The notes under the pieces: generated by a model
What the model was told of the DNA's origin: nothing
What the model saw: only the letters and a program-made list of their open reading frames with translations
The model's database searches: none
Made by a program: the position numbers and the translations under genes
Origin: Acidobacteriota bacterium
GTDB lineage: Bacteria; Acidobacteriota; Thermoanaerobaculia; Gp7-AA8
Direction: 5' to 3'
NCBI GenBank assembly: GCA_019244185.1
Contig: JAFATB010000014.1
Location: 480,001-544,000 of the forward strand
Length of the DNA: 64,000 nucleotides
Part shown: one piece after another, positions 21,604 through 30,890 of the stretch
Layout: the number at the start of each line of letters is the position of its first letter
Numbering within the stretch: position 1 is the first letter of the stretch

Positions 21604-21777
21604 ATGAGCAAGCAAAATCCGAATCAGGACTACTACAAGATCGGCGGACGCTCGCAGAGCGACGGCCCCGACAAGCTGCACGCGAACGTGAACGGCGACA
21701 AGCACGAGCTTGCGCAGAGCGATCCGCATGGAAAGAATGCGGAACATCCTGCCGTACGGAGAGCCAAGAAGAAGTAA
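21604..21777 (+). CDS. Small hypothetical protein, 57 aa
   Basis: MSKQNPNQDYYKIGGRSQSDGPDK...RRAKKK; its TAA overlaps the ATG of the next gene; below the ORF-track cutoff. Confidence 0.65.
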   Translation: MSKQNPNQDYYKIGGRSQSDGPDKLHANVNGDKHELAQSDPHGKNAEHPAVRRAKKK

Positions 21778-23027
21778 TGACCTCGCTTGATAAGCTTCAC
21801 GATGAGCTTCACGAAGAGCTTCAGACGCGGCGCGCGCCGGCGATCTCGCGGCGCGCGCACGCGATGCCCGCATCCCCGATCCGCAAGCTCGCGCCGCTGG
21901 CTGAGGCCGCGAAAGCACGCGGCACCCGCGTGCTCCATCTCAACATCGGCCAGCCAGACATCGAGACGCCGTCGTGCATCCGCGATCGTCTGCATCAGCT
22001 CGAGTCCAAGGTGCTCGAATACTCGCCGTCGACCGGCACACCCGAGTTCATCCGCTCGCTGCGCCACTACTATGAGCGCCGCATCGGCGTGACGCTGGAG
22101 ACGAGCCAGCTGCTGGCGACGACCGGCGGCAGTGAGGCCATCCTCTTTGCGTTCCTCGCGTGCGCGAATGAAGGCGACGAGGTGCTCGTCATCGAGCCGT
22201 TCTACGCGAACTACCGCGCCTTCGCCACGATGGCGGGACTGAAGGTCGTGCCGGTGACGACGCGCGGCGGCGACGGGTTCCATCTGCCGCCGAACGAGGT
22301 CTTCGCGCGCGCGCTCACGCCGCGCACGCGCATCGTCATCGTCTGCAATCCGAACAATCCCACCGGCACCGTCTACTCGCGCGAAGAGCTCGAGCGCGTG
22401 GCCGCGTTCTGCCGCGAGCACGGGCTGTTCCTGGTGTCCGACGAGGTCTACCGCGAGTTCGTCTACGACGGCGCGCGCGCCGTGAGCGCGCTCGAGCTGG
22501 AAGGCGTCGACGATCTCGTGATCGTGGTCGACAGTCTCTCGAAGCGCTACAGCGCCTGCGGCATCCGCCTCGGCGCGCTCGTCACGCGCAACACCGAGGT
22601 GTACGACGCGTGTCTGCGCATGGCGCAGGGGCGTCTCTCGCCGCCCGGCGTCGCGCAGTTCATCGCCGTCGGCGCGGAGTCTCTCGGCGACGACTACACG
22701 CGCGGCGTCGTCGACGAATACCAGCATCGCCGCGACGTACTCTACGAAGGTCTGCGCGCGATCCCGGGCGTGTTCCTGCACAAGCCCGAAGGCGCGTTCT
22801 ACTGCATCGCGCGGCTGCCGGTCGAAGACGCCGAGCATTTCGCCGCGTGGCTGCTCACGAGCTTCGAGCACGAAGGTGCGACGGTGATGCTTGCACCGGC
22901 GAACGGCTTCTACGCGTCGGAACTCGGCAGGAGCGAAGTGCGCATCGCGTACGTGCTGAAGGAAGAGGATCTCCGCCGCGCGCTCGACGTGCTGCGCGTC
23001 GCGCTGGAGCGCTACCGCGAGCGGTAG
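21777..23027 (+). CDS. PLP-dependent aminotransferase class I/II (aspartate aminotransferase-like)
   Basis: LNIGQPD, CNPNNPTG, SDEVY, SLSKRYSACGIRLG. Confidence 0.93.
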   Translation: MTSLDKLHDELHEELQTRRAPAISRRAHAMPASPIRKLAPLAEAAKARGTRVLHLNIGQPDIETPSCIRDRLHQLESKVLEYSPSTGTPEFIRSLRHYYERRIGVTLETSQLLATTGGSEAILFAFLACANEGDEVLVIEPFYANYRAFATMAGLKVVPVTTRGGDGFHLPPNEVFARALTPRTRIVIVCNPNNPTGTVYSREELERVAAFCREHGLFLVSDEVYREFVYDGARAVSALELEGVDDLVIVVDSLSKRYSACGIRLGALVTRNTEVYDACLRMAQGRLSPPGVAQFIAVGAESLGDDYTRGVVDEYQHRRDVLYEGLRAIPGVFLHKPEGAFYCIARLPVEDAEHFAAWLLTSFEHEGATVMLAPANGFYASELGRSEVRIAYVLKEEDLRRALDVLRVALERYRER

Positions 23028-23035
23028 CGCCCCAC

Positions 23036-23941
23036 TTACGGCGGCGGGAGCGGTGGTGTCCACGGCTCCGACCCGACCGCGATCGAATTGGGGAGCACGG
23101 TCAGCGAGGGCCACTGTACTCCGTCCGTCGACGAAGTCATCCAGACGTTGTTGTTGTTCAGATCCTGGAACAGCACGTACAGCCGATTGTTGAACGTCGC
23201 GATCGTCGGCGCGGCCTGCGAGGTCATCGTCGGCGGCAGCTGATGCAGATCCCACGTCGTGCCGTCGGTCGACTTCGAAATGAACATCGTGTGGTCGCTG
23301 CTCGATGACAGGAACACCATGAACAACGCGCCGTTCATCGCGGCCATCGCCGGCGAGCTGTTGGTCGTGATCGCGGGCGGCAGCTGGGTAAGATCCCAGC
23401 CGGTGGTGGCCTGCGATTTCGTGACGAACAGCGTCTTGTCTCCCGACGATCGGAAGGCCACGTACACGGTGCCGTTCAGCACCGCTGCCGACGGCGAAGA
23501 CGAGGTGGTGATCGCAGGCGGCAACTGATGCAGGTCCCAGTTGGTTCCGTCGGACGACTGCGTGACAAACAACGTGTTGTCTCCGCTCGAGGAACGGAAC
23601 ACCGCCCACAACGCATTGCCGTTCGCGACCAGCGTCGGGCTGATGTCGGTCGTGATTGCGGGCGGCAAACTGACGACGCTGTTGGACTGGTTGTTTGCGA
23701 TCTGCAGCGTCTTCTCGCTGCCGTCGGAGGCGCCGAGAACGTAGAGCGTGTTGTTCCAGACGGTCGCCGACGGCGCGACGCTGGAGACCAGCCAAGCCGG
23801 GAACCGCGTCGGCGGCGGCCACGTACTCGCGTCGGTCGACGTCGAGATCGTGATCGTCTCGTCGGCCTGAGACGGATAGAGGACGGACAGCGACTGTGCG
23901 GATGCGGCGGTGGCGAAGGATGGAAGTGTTGCAGTCGACAT
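23036..23941 (-). CDS. Six-repeat beta-propeller protein with Asp-box-like motifs
   Basis: ~47-aa repeats P..A..N..LY..F.S...D.TL....S.DG..W....LPPAITT; AGGGAG SD; AT-rich upstream region. Confidence 0.8.
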   Translation of the reverse strand: MSTATLPSFATAASAQSLSVLYPSQADETITISTSTDASTWPPPTRFPAWLVSSVAPSATVWNNTLYVLGASDGSEKTLQIANNQSNSVVSLPPAITTDISPTLVANGNALWAVFRSSSGDNTLFVTQSSDGTNWDLHQLPPAITTSSSPSAAVLNGTVYVAFRSSGDKTLFVTKSQATTGWDLTQLPPAITTNSSPAMAAMNGALFMVFLSSSSDHTMFISKSTDGTTWDLHQLPPTMTSQAAPTIATFNNRLYVLFQDLNNNNVWMTSSTDGVQWPSLTVLPNSIAVGSEPWTPPLPPP

Positions 23942-24000
23942 GTGAAGTCTCCCTATAGTGATTTACATAAGGAGATACTTATCAATCTAGAATCCCTACC

Positions 24001-25029
24001 TCACCGGCTGCGATTCATCGCGTTCTCGACGATCTCCTCGATCAGCCGCTCGTAACTCCGCCCGCTCTCCTTCGCCGCCATCGCCAGTTCCGCGGCGGGG
24101 TCGAGCCACGGATTCGGGTTCGCCTCGAGCACGTAGACGCGGCCGTTCTCCGCGAGGCGCAGGTCGATGCGGCCGTAGTCGCGCAGCTTGAGCGCGCGGT
24201 ACGCGGTGCGCGCGACGTCGTGGATGCGCGCGGTGGTCTCGTCATCGAGATCGCGCGCCGGCGCCGACTTCGTCACTTTGTACGCCTCGGTATTCACATC
24301 GAACTTCACTTCGTAGCCGGCGATGCGCGGCATGCCTTCCGGCAGCTTCGACAGATCCAGCTCGATGAGCGGCAGCGCCTCGGCATTCTCGTTGCCGAGA
24401 ACGCCCGCGTAGATCTCGCGGCCTTCGATGTACTCCTCGAGCAGCGACGGGCAATTGAACTCGTCCTCGACGTAGGCGATGCGTTCGAGCAGCTCTTTCA
24501 GCGAATGCACGACCGACGCGGCGTCGATGCCTTTCGACGCGTCTTCCGACGCCGGCTTCACGATCAGCGGAAAGCGGATGTCCTGCGCGTGCTCGACGCG
24601 TCCGCGGTGCACGACGGCGGAGTAGGGCGTGTAGAGCTCGTGGTAGCGGACGATCTTCTTCGCGACGGACTTGTCCATCGCCAGGAACGAGCCCTGCGGT
24701 CCGGCGCCGGTGTACTTCTTCCCGACGAGATCGAGGAACGCGGCGAAGTGCATCTCCATCGTGTCGTCGCCGGCATACGACTCGACGAGGTTGAAAAAGA
24801 GCTCCGCGTCGCTGCGCGTGACTTTCGTGAGCGTCTGCGTGCGGCCGTCGATGGGCAGCGTCGTCGGTTCGTGCCCGAGGTCGCGCAAGGCGTCGCCGAT
24901 GGCCTCGATGTCCGTCTTCTTTTTCTTCTTGCGCTTGCGCGGCGAGGCCGCTTCGGCTGCCGCTTCTGCGTTCGCGCCGGGATACTCCTCGTACCCCTCG
25001 AACGTGTTGTAGAGAATCGCGACCTTCAT
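24001..25029 (-). CDS. D-Ala-D-Ala-ligase-like ATP-grasp enzyme
   Basis: MDKSVAK, FPLIVKPASEDASKGI, EEYIEGRE, YGRIDLRL, LEANPNP. Confidence 0.9.
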   Translation of the reverse strand: MKVAILYNTFEGYEEYPGANAEAAAEAASPRKRKKKKKTDIEAIGDALRDLGHEPTTLPIDGRTQTLTKVTRSDAELFFNLVESYAGDDTMEMHFAAFLDLVGKKYTGAGPQGSFLAMDKSVAKKIVRYHELYTPYSAVVHRGRVEHAQDIRFPLIVKPASEDASKGIDAASVVHSLKELLERIAYVEDEFNCPSLLEEYIEGREIYAGVLGNENAEALPLIELDLSKLPEGMPRIAGYEVKFDVNTEAYKVTKSAPARDLDDETTARIHDVARTAYRALKLRDYGRIDLRLAENGRVYVLEANPNPWLDPAAELAMAAKESGRSYERLIEEIVENAMNRSR

Positions 25030-26054
25030 CGATCGGGCCTCCGGTGGCGCAGCGGCTTCTTGCCGGTGAGGAAGGTCATCGAGAGCGTGGTGATGTAAAC
25101 GGTGAGCTCCATCATCTGCTGGCGCGAGCGGTCGCGTTCGGCGACGAGCTGCAGCTCGCCGAGGCGATGCTCGATGGCGAGGACGAGGGCGCGCACGAGC
25201 GTGCGGCGCACACCAGTCCAGTAGTTGACTTTATCGACGAGGTCGCGGCGATGCTCGGCGAGGAGCTCCGCGGCGGAGCGCGTCTCGACGCCGTGCTGCG
25301 CGCGGCGCGCGAAGATGTCGGTGAGGTCGGCCTCGAGCGCGAGCTCGGCGATGAGCGGCGTCTCGTCGACCTGGAAGTCGCGGTAGAACTCCTCGACGGT
25401 CTGCTGCATCTCCTCGACGGTGATGTCGGTCTCGCCGGTCGGCCGCGTCGGAGGGAGATCGCCGACCTCGCGTCCGATGCGATCGACGTAGTCGAGCTTG
25501 CGGATCGCGCCCCAGTCGCGATAGCGCTCGCGCCACGCGGAGTCGGGATCGAGCCACACCGCGAACGTCTCCGCGAAGTCCTCGTCCGGATGCTTCTGCG
25601 CGTACCAGCCGGCGATGTGGCGCACGTAGTCGCGCGAGAAAGGGACGAACGGAAAGTCGTCGCGATAGGGGCGGCGGAACGACCCGAAGAGCGCGTGCCA
25701 CTCCTCGGTGCGATAGAGCTCGTACGCGTAGTTGAACGCGTGGCCCGCCTCGTGGCGGAGGTACATCATGATCTCGCGCTCGCCTTCGATGTCGTTGAGC
25801 GCGTCCTCGACTTTCGCCACGCGCGGATCGCCGAGGTAGAAGGGGATGCCGATCACCGGCTCGCCGGAAGGGCAGCCCCATTCGTCGGAGAGATAGCAGT
25901 GCGGGCGGAAGTGATGCACGCCTTTCGCGTCGAGCTCCGAATACAGCCGTGCCACGAGCTCCGCGACCGGCGAGGCTTCGAGCGACATGCCGAGCTCGCG
26001 GATCGGCATCCCGAGCACCTGCCGCGCTTCGGGCGGCGCTTTCTCGAACTGCAC
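25026..26054 (-). CDS. Putative Zn-binding metallopeptidase
   Basis: LSDEW, IPFYL, LRHEAGHA (HExxH), YAQKHPDEDFAETFAVWL; ATGA overlap with the ligase. Confidence 0.88.
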   Translation of the reverse strand: MQFEKAPPEARQVLGMPIRELGMSLEASPVAELVARLYSELDAKGVHHFRPHCYLSDEWGCPSGEPVIGIPFYLGDPRVAKVEDALNDIEGEREIMMYLRHEAGHAFNYAYELYRTEEWHALFGSFRRPYRDDFPFVPFSRDYVRHIAGWYAQKHPDEDFAETFAVWLDPDSAWRERYRDWGAIRKLDYVDRIGREVGDLPPTRPTGETDITVEEMQQTVEEFYRDFQVDETPLIAELALEADLTDIFARRAQHGVETRSAAELLAEHRRDLVDKVNYWTGVRRTLVRALVLAIEHRLGELQLVAERDRSRQQMMELTVYITTLSMTFLTGKKPLRHRRPDR

Positions 26055-26095
26055 CGCAGAAGCCGGTTCAAGAGCGCTGCCATATCATTCGCCGC

Positions 26096-26506
26096 ATGAA
26101 GTACTGGCTGATGAAATGCGAACCATCCGCGTACTCGATCGACGATCTGGCGCGCGACAAGACCACCAGGTGGGAAGGCGTGCGCAACTATCAGGCGCGC
26201 AACTTCATGCGTGACGAGATGCGCGCCGGCGACAAGGTGCTGTTCTACGCGTCGAATGCCGATCCGTCCGGCGTCACGGGACTCGCGGAGGTGAGCCGCG
26301 AAGGCTATCCCGACGCGGAAGAGCCGTGGACGCTCGTCGACATCCGCTTTGTCGCGAAGTTTCCGCAGGTCATTTCGCTGGAGACGCTGAAGGAGACGCG
26401 CGGACTCGAGGACATGGTCGTGACGAAGAAAGGCTCGCGCCTCTCGATCCAGCCGGTGACGAAAACGGAGTACGACATCGTGGTGAAGCTGGGGCGGAAG
26501 AAGTGA
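26096..26506 (+). CDS. EVE domain protein
   Basis: [36 protein letters not shown]. Confidence 0.93.
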   Translation: MKYWLMKCEPSAYSIDDLARDKTTRWEGVRNYQARNFMRDEMRAGDKVLFYASNADPSGVTGLAEVSREGYPDAEEPWTLVDIRFVAKFPQVISLETLKETRGLEDMVVTKKGSRLSIQPVTKTEYDIVVKLGRKK

Positions 26507-27012
26507 GTCTCGAGCTGCATCGCGGCGACATCACGAAGCTCGCCGTCGACGCGATCGTGAACGCCGCGAACTCCTCGCTCCTCGGCGGCGGCGGCGTCGA
26601 CGGCGCGATCCACCGCGCCGCCGGTCCCGAGCTCCTCGCGGAGTGCCGCCGCATCGGAGGCTGCCCGACCGGCGAGGCGCGCATCACGCGCGGCTACCGC
26701 CTGCCGGCAAAGTACGTGATTCATGCGGTCGGTCCCGTCTGGCGCGGAGGCGCGAATGGCGAGCCGGAGCTGCTCGCGTCGTGCTATCGCAACAGCCTCG
26801 CGCTGGCCGTCGAGCACGACGTGCGCACGATCGCGTTTCCGGCGATCAGCTGCGGCATCTACGGCTATCCCGTCGACCAGGCCGCGCGCATCGCGGTCGC
26901 GGAGACGCGGCGCTTTCTGGAGGAGCAGCCGTCGACGATCGAACGCGTGCTGTTCGTCTGCTTCGGCGAGGACGTCGCGCGCGCGTATGAAGCCGCGCTA
27001 GATGCCGCTTAG
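26503..27012 (+). CDS. ymdB: Macrodomain O-acetyl-ADP-ribose deacetylase
   Basis: [43 protein letters not shown]; GTGA overlap with the EVE gene. Confidence 0.93.
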   Translation: MSLELHRGDITKLAVDAIVNAANSSLLGGGGVDGAIHRAAGPELLAECRRIGGCPTGEARITRGYRLPAKYVIHAVGPVWRGGANGEPELLASCYRNSLALAVEHDVRTIAFPAISCGIYGYPVDQAARIAVAETRRFLEEQPSTIERVLFVCFGEDVARAYEAALDAA

Positions 27013-28010
27013 CGCTCGATGACCATCCGGCGCAGCGCGTCGGTGGCGCGCTCGGTGCCGACGTCCGTCGTCGTGATCGAGCGCGGCGCGGACCATGTGC
27101 CGTTCGAGAACAGCGAGTAGGTCATGGCGTCGCCGTCGAGGTGGTAGAGCACGAGGTTGTCGCCGTCTTTCGGCGCGATCACGCTGATGCGGCTGTTCGC
27201 GGCGAGCTGCAGCGCGGGCGCGCCGATCGGACCTCCGGTGCGGCCGCCGGGGATGCGGATGCGGATGTTGGGAATGAGTCCGACGGTCACGCGGCGGAGC
27301 GTCTGCGCGGCGAGATCGCCGTAGATGATGTCGAGCGTGTCATGCGCCGGCACGATCATCGGGTGGCGCAGGAGCTCGAGATCGACGTCGGCCAGTGCCT
27401 TCGGGACCCGAGGCGGTTCGCCGACGGCCTGCTCGTACAGCTCGTTCATGCTGTGGCGGTCGATGTTCGTGACCTGGCCGCCGTCGATGGTGAGCGTCGC
27501 CAGGCGGGCCATTTCCGCATCGGCAGCCCGCTCCCACCAAACGGCGTTGACGACGAGTAGTCCGTCGCTGTGCACCGCGGCCACGCGAAGGTTGTCGCAG
27601 CGCTGCGCGTCGGAGGAGGAAACGACGGTCGCATCGGTCCAGGCGCCGCCGTGGTACGACGCGATGAGGATCTCGCTTGCGTCGTCATGGCCGTGCTGCC
27701 AGACGAGGAAGAGCGTGTCCGACGCGGCGTCGAACGCAAGCGACGGCAGCGCGTGCGTGCCGGCGGCGAGCGACGCGGGCACGAGGGACGTGGTGCTCTG
27801 GCCGTCGATGGTGGTCGTGAGCTGGAGCAGGGACGTTGCGGCGATTTCTGCGTTCGCCAAGTCTGCGGCGGAGCGTGCGTCAACGGTGTAAAGCGTTCCG
27901 TTCGGCGCGAGGAGGACGTCGTGATCGAGACTGCGCACAGACGTGGCGTTCTGCGCCCCCGCCAACGCGGGGAGAAGAACGAGAGCAAAAATCACGACGA
28001 GTCGTTTCAT
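27009..28010 (-). CDS. Exported hypothetical protein, beta-rich
   Basis: Sec signal [19 protein letters not shown]; [14 protein letters not shown]. Confidence 0.78.
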   Translation of the reverse strand: MKRLVVIFALVLLPALAGAQNATSVRSLDHDVLLAPNGTLYTVDARSAADLANAEIAATSLLQLTTTIDGQSTTSLVPASLAAGTHALPSLAFDAASDTLFLVWQHGHDDASEILIASYHGGAWTDATVVSSSDAQRCDNLRVAAVHSDGLLVVNAVWWERAADAEMARLATLTIDGGQVTNIDRHSMNELYEQAVGEPPRVPKALADVDLELLRHPMIVPAHDTLDIIYGDLAAQTLRRVTVGLIPNIRIRIPGGRTGGPIGAPALQLAANSRISVIAPKDGDNLVLYHLDGDAMTYSLFSNGTWSAPRSITTTDVGTERATDALRRMVIER

Positions 28011-28011
28011 G

Positions 28012-28893
28012 TCAGAGGTAGAGATGAATCATGCTGCGCAAGTCGACGGCGAGGAGCAGTTGAGTCAGGTTTGGGAAATTAGGATAGAAGCGCGCGAGCT
28101 CGCTGAACCAGCGCTCCGCGCCGGCGAAGTCGCCGCGATGATACGCAACCTCTCCCAGGAGATAAAGCGAGTTCCGTGTCTGCCGCGGATCGGCGGCGGC
28201 GTCGAGACCGAGGCGCCCGTAGTACTCGGCGCGATCGAGTTGATCGCGTTCGAGGTACGCAAAACAGAGCCCGAGGTAACAGTCTCCGAGCGGAATCGTG
28301 GCGCCCTCGGGATCGTCGATCACGGAATGCACGATCGCGATTCCCTCATCGCCACGGCCGAGCAGCATGAGACTGTAGGCGCTGTTCGCACGCACCGCCG
28401 CCTGGGCGTACCGGCGGTCGTTCTCATCCTCGATCGAGGAGACGAGTGTCGACGCTTCTTCGAACACCTCGACGGCGCGTGCGAATTGGGAATCGCTCTC
28501 GTAAAGGACGCCGAGGTCGTTCAGCGCCTGCACGACGCGCATGGAGTTGTCCATCTCGCGTGCGACTTCGAGTGCGATTTCACCGTAGAACAAAGCCCGC
28601 TTCACGTCGCGCGTGAGGCGGTGCTTGAACATCAGCGCGTACGCCGCATAGAACGTGTGATGCGGGTTGCGGCGTCGCATGAGGATGCCGGGGAGCGCGC
28701 GCACTTCGGCGCCGTCGCGCTCGATCGCGATCATCGCGTCCGCTTTGTTGATCGTCAGCAGTTCGCGCAGCTCTTCGCTCTCTACGACGAGCATGGCTTC
28801 GTCGTAGAGCGTGATCGCGTCGTCGTACTGCTCGGAACGCACCAGCGCCAGACCACGCTGCCGAAGGCGTTCCGCATGCTGCTCGTTCTGCAC
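28012..28893 (-). CDS. Tetratricopeptide-repeat protein
   Basis: Helical repeats such as ALNDLGVLY...FARAVEVFEEA and LYLLGEVAY...A..WF. Confidence 0.8.
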   Translation of the reverse strand: MQNEQHAERLRQRGLALVRSEQYDDAITLYDEAMLVVESEELRELLTINKADAMIAIERDGAEVRALPGILMRRRNPHHTFYAAYALMFKHRLTRDVKRALFYGEIALEVAREMDNSMRVVQALNDLGVLYESDSQFARAVEVFEEASTLVSSIEDENDRRYAQAAVRANSAYSLMLLGRGDEGIAIVHSVIDDPEGATIPLGDCYLGLCFAYLERDQLDRAEYYGRLGLDAAADPRQTRNSLYLLGEVAYHRGDFAGAERWFSELARFYPNFPNLTQLLLAVDLRSMIHLYL

Positions 28894-28953
28894 GATGCGC
28901 GGATTGTAGCCTTCTGACGCTAATAAGTCTCGGTCAACAAAATGAAACAGGCG

Positions 28954-29685
28954 CTACGGCGCAGGCGTGCGCGTCCACGTGAGATCCCACGCCTCACGCC
29001 GCTCGACGAACCCCGTGATCTTTCCCGCAGCGTCGCGCTGGAAGATCTTGCGGTAGCGCGGGCTGCCGGGCACGAAGAAGACGTCGGGCGACTCGGCGAG
29101 CAGCGACTCCGCGGGACGTCCGTTCCGCTGGCCTTCGAGCTTGCCGTCGCGCTGGCGGATTTCGTACGTGATGCCGGGCGCGAGCACATAGGTACCGAGG
29201 TACGGCGCGGACTGTTGCGCGGACAGCGTGATCGCCGGCGGATCGGTGCGCAAGGCGAGCACCTGCGAGGCGATGAGGCGCCATCCCCGCGGCGTCTTCA
29301 CCCACGTATCCGTCGAGCGGTACTGACAGTGCAGTTGCTGCCCGTGATACGTCTCGTGCTCGTCGGAGACATACGTCGCCACCGCCACCGAGCCGTGATC
29401 GACGACGTTGAAGTCGATCGCGCGGATGTCGCCGGAAACGCCGGCGGCGAGCGGCTTGATGTCCTTCACCATTGCCGCTTTCGTCGCCACGGTGCCGTCT
29501 TCCGCGGTCACGACCGCGTGTTCGTCGAGATAGCGGTCCCACACCTCGGGCGTGCCGTGCGTGATCGCGTCGAGCAGTTCCTGTGTCTGCGTATGCAGGA
29601 TCGCTGCGGTGTCGGGCGCCGGTGTCGTTTCGGCGGCGAACAAGGGGACGGCCAGCGCGGCCGCGAACAAAATGGTGAACCGCAT
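28954..29685 (-). CDS. Exported NTF2-like (DUF4440) plus DUF3471-like protein
   Basis: Signal peptide; YRSTDTWVKTPRGWRLIASQ; YLGTYVL...FF...KIFQRDAAGKITG; GAGGAG SD. Confidence 0.8.
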   Translation of the reverse strand: MRFTILFAAALAVPLFAAETTPAPDTAAILHTQTQELLDAITHGTPEVWDRYLDEHAVVTAEDGTVATKAAMVKDIKPLAAGVSGDIRAIDFNVVDHGSVAVATYVSDEHETYHGQQLHCQYRSTDTWVKTPRGWRLIASQVLALRTDPPAITLSAQQSAPYLGTYVLAPGITYEIRQRDGKLEGQRNGRPAESLLAESPDVFFVPGSPRYRKIFQRDAAGKITGFVERREAWDLTWTRTPAP

Positions 29686-29753
29686 GCGTTCTCCTCTCCG
29701 GACGGCGACCGTGTATTGTACGGTTGCACCCGAACCCTGAAGGAGAACAGCCG

Positions 29754-30290
29754 ATGAAACTTCGCTTCGTGTTTCTCGCCGTGGTTGCAACGCTTGCTTT
29801 GACTCTCGGTGCCGACGAGCCGTCGACCATGCCCGCGGCCGGCGCCGCCGCACCGGTCTTCACGCTGCCGAGCCAGGACGGCAACGCCGTCGCGCTCGAT
29901 GCCTATCGCGGCAAGTGGGTGGTGCTCTACTTCTATCCGCGCGACTTCACGTCGGGTTGCACGCTCGAGGCGCACAACTTCCAGCGCGATCTCGACAAGT
30001 ACACGCGGAAGAACGCCGTGATCCTCGGCGTCAGCGTCGATCCGGTCGACTCGCACAAGGGCTTCTGCACGAAGGAAGGTCTCAACTTCAAGCTGCTCGC
30101 CGACACCGAGCACACCGTCACGACGAAGTACGGCTCGCTCATGAATCACGACGGGACGATCTTCGCCGCGCGCAATACGTTCCTCATCGATCCGCACGGC
30201 GTCATCCGCAAGGTCTACACGAAAGTCTCGCCGGCCGGTCACAGCGACGAGATCCTGAGCGACCTCGCGACGCTGCAGGCCGCGAAGTAA
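29754..30290 (+). CDS. bcp: Peroxiredoxin, BCP/PrxQ type, with signal peptide
   Basis: VVLYFYPRDFTSGCTLEA, GVSVD, RNTFLIDP; AAGGAG SD. Confidence 0.92.
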   Translation: MKLRFVFLAVVATLALTLGADEPSTMPAAGAAAPVFTLPSQDGNAVALDAYRGKWVVLYFYPRDFTSGCTLEAHNFQRDLDKYTRKNAVILGVSVDPVDSHKGFCTKEGLNFKLLADTEHTVTTKYGSLMNHDGTIFAARNTFLIDPHGVIRKVYTKVSPAGHSDEILSDLATLQAAK

Positions 30291-30311
30291 GCGCATCGGA
30301 AGGAAGCGCGC

Positions 30312-30827
30312 ATGACGGTCGTGAATCCGCAGATCACCGACGCCGTTGCGCCCGAGACGCTGCAGGAGGGCAACGTCGCGATGGCGAACCTCTACCTCCA
30401 GTGCTCCCAGGCGCTCGCGCTGGCCGCCCACAACGCCGCGAGCGCCCAGGCGCAGGGCTACGTGACGATGCAGGCGGCGACGGCGGCGGGGGTCGCAACG
30501 CTGTACGCGCTCGACTCCGCCTCGACCGGCGAGGCGACGAAGAAGATCTACAGCGATGCAACGCGGGCCGTCCACGAAGCCACGCCGGCCACCGCCGCGC
30601 TGGCGTTACCGTCGAGCAAAGTCTCCGACGATTTCCCGTACGCGATGCGCACGTGCGGCGTCGCGTACGCGGCGGCGCTCGACGCCATGAGCGCCGCGCT
30701 CAGCCGCAACTGCCAACGCGCGCTGGAGATCGCCGCCACCGCCGCGTGCTTCGCGGCCATGGTCGCGAATCCCGACAAGACCGACCAGTACAACGAAGTG
30801 CTGAAGGCGATCCGCACGCTGTCGTAG
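30312..30827 (+). CDS. rebB: RebB-family R-body protein with C-terminal extension
   Basis: VNPQITDAV...AMANLY...QALALAAHNA..AQ....VTMQAAT..GVATLYALD matches the Reb consensus as I recall it. Confidence 0.8.
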   Translation: MTVVNPQITDAVAPETLQEGNVAMANLYLQCSQALALAAHNAASAQAQGYVTMQAATAAGVATLYALDSASTGEATKKIYSDATRAVHEATPATAALALPSSKVSDDFPYAMRTCGVAYAAALDAMSAALSRNCQRALEIAATAACFAAMVANPDKTDQYNEVLKAIRTLS

Positions 30828-30890
30828 GTTCCCTAGCGCCAGCGTGCGGTCGCGTGCGTCTCTGGAACGCCCTTTGCGCCATGCCTGGGT

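Noticed and set aside
23100-23700. DNA repeats as a mobile element or array
   Set aside because: They are in-frame protein repeats
24001-25029. Canonical ddl
   Set aside because: It lacks the GG.S.E N-terminal motif and dcw context, and is paired with a metallopeptidase
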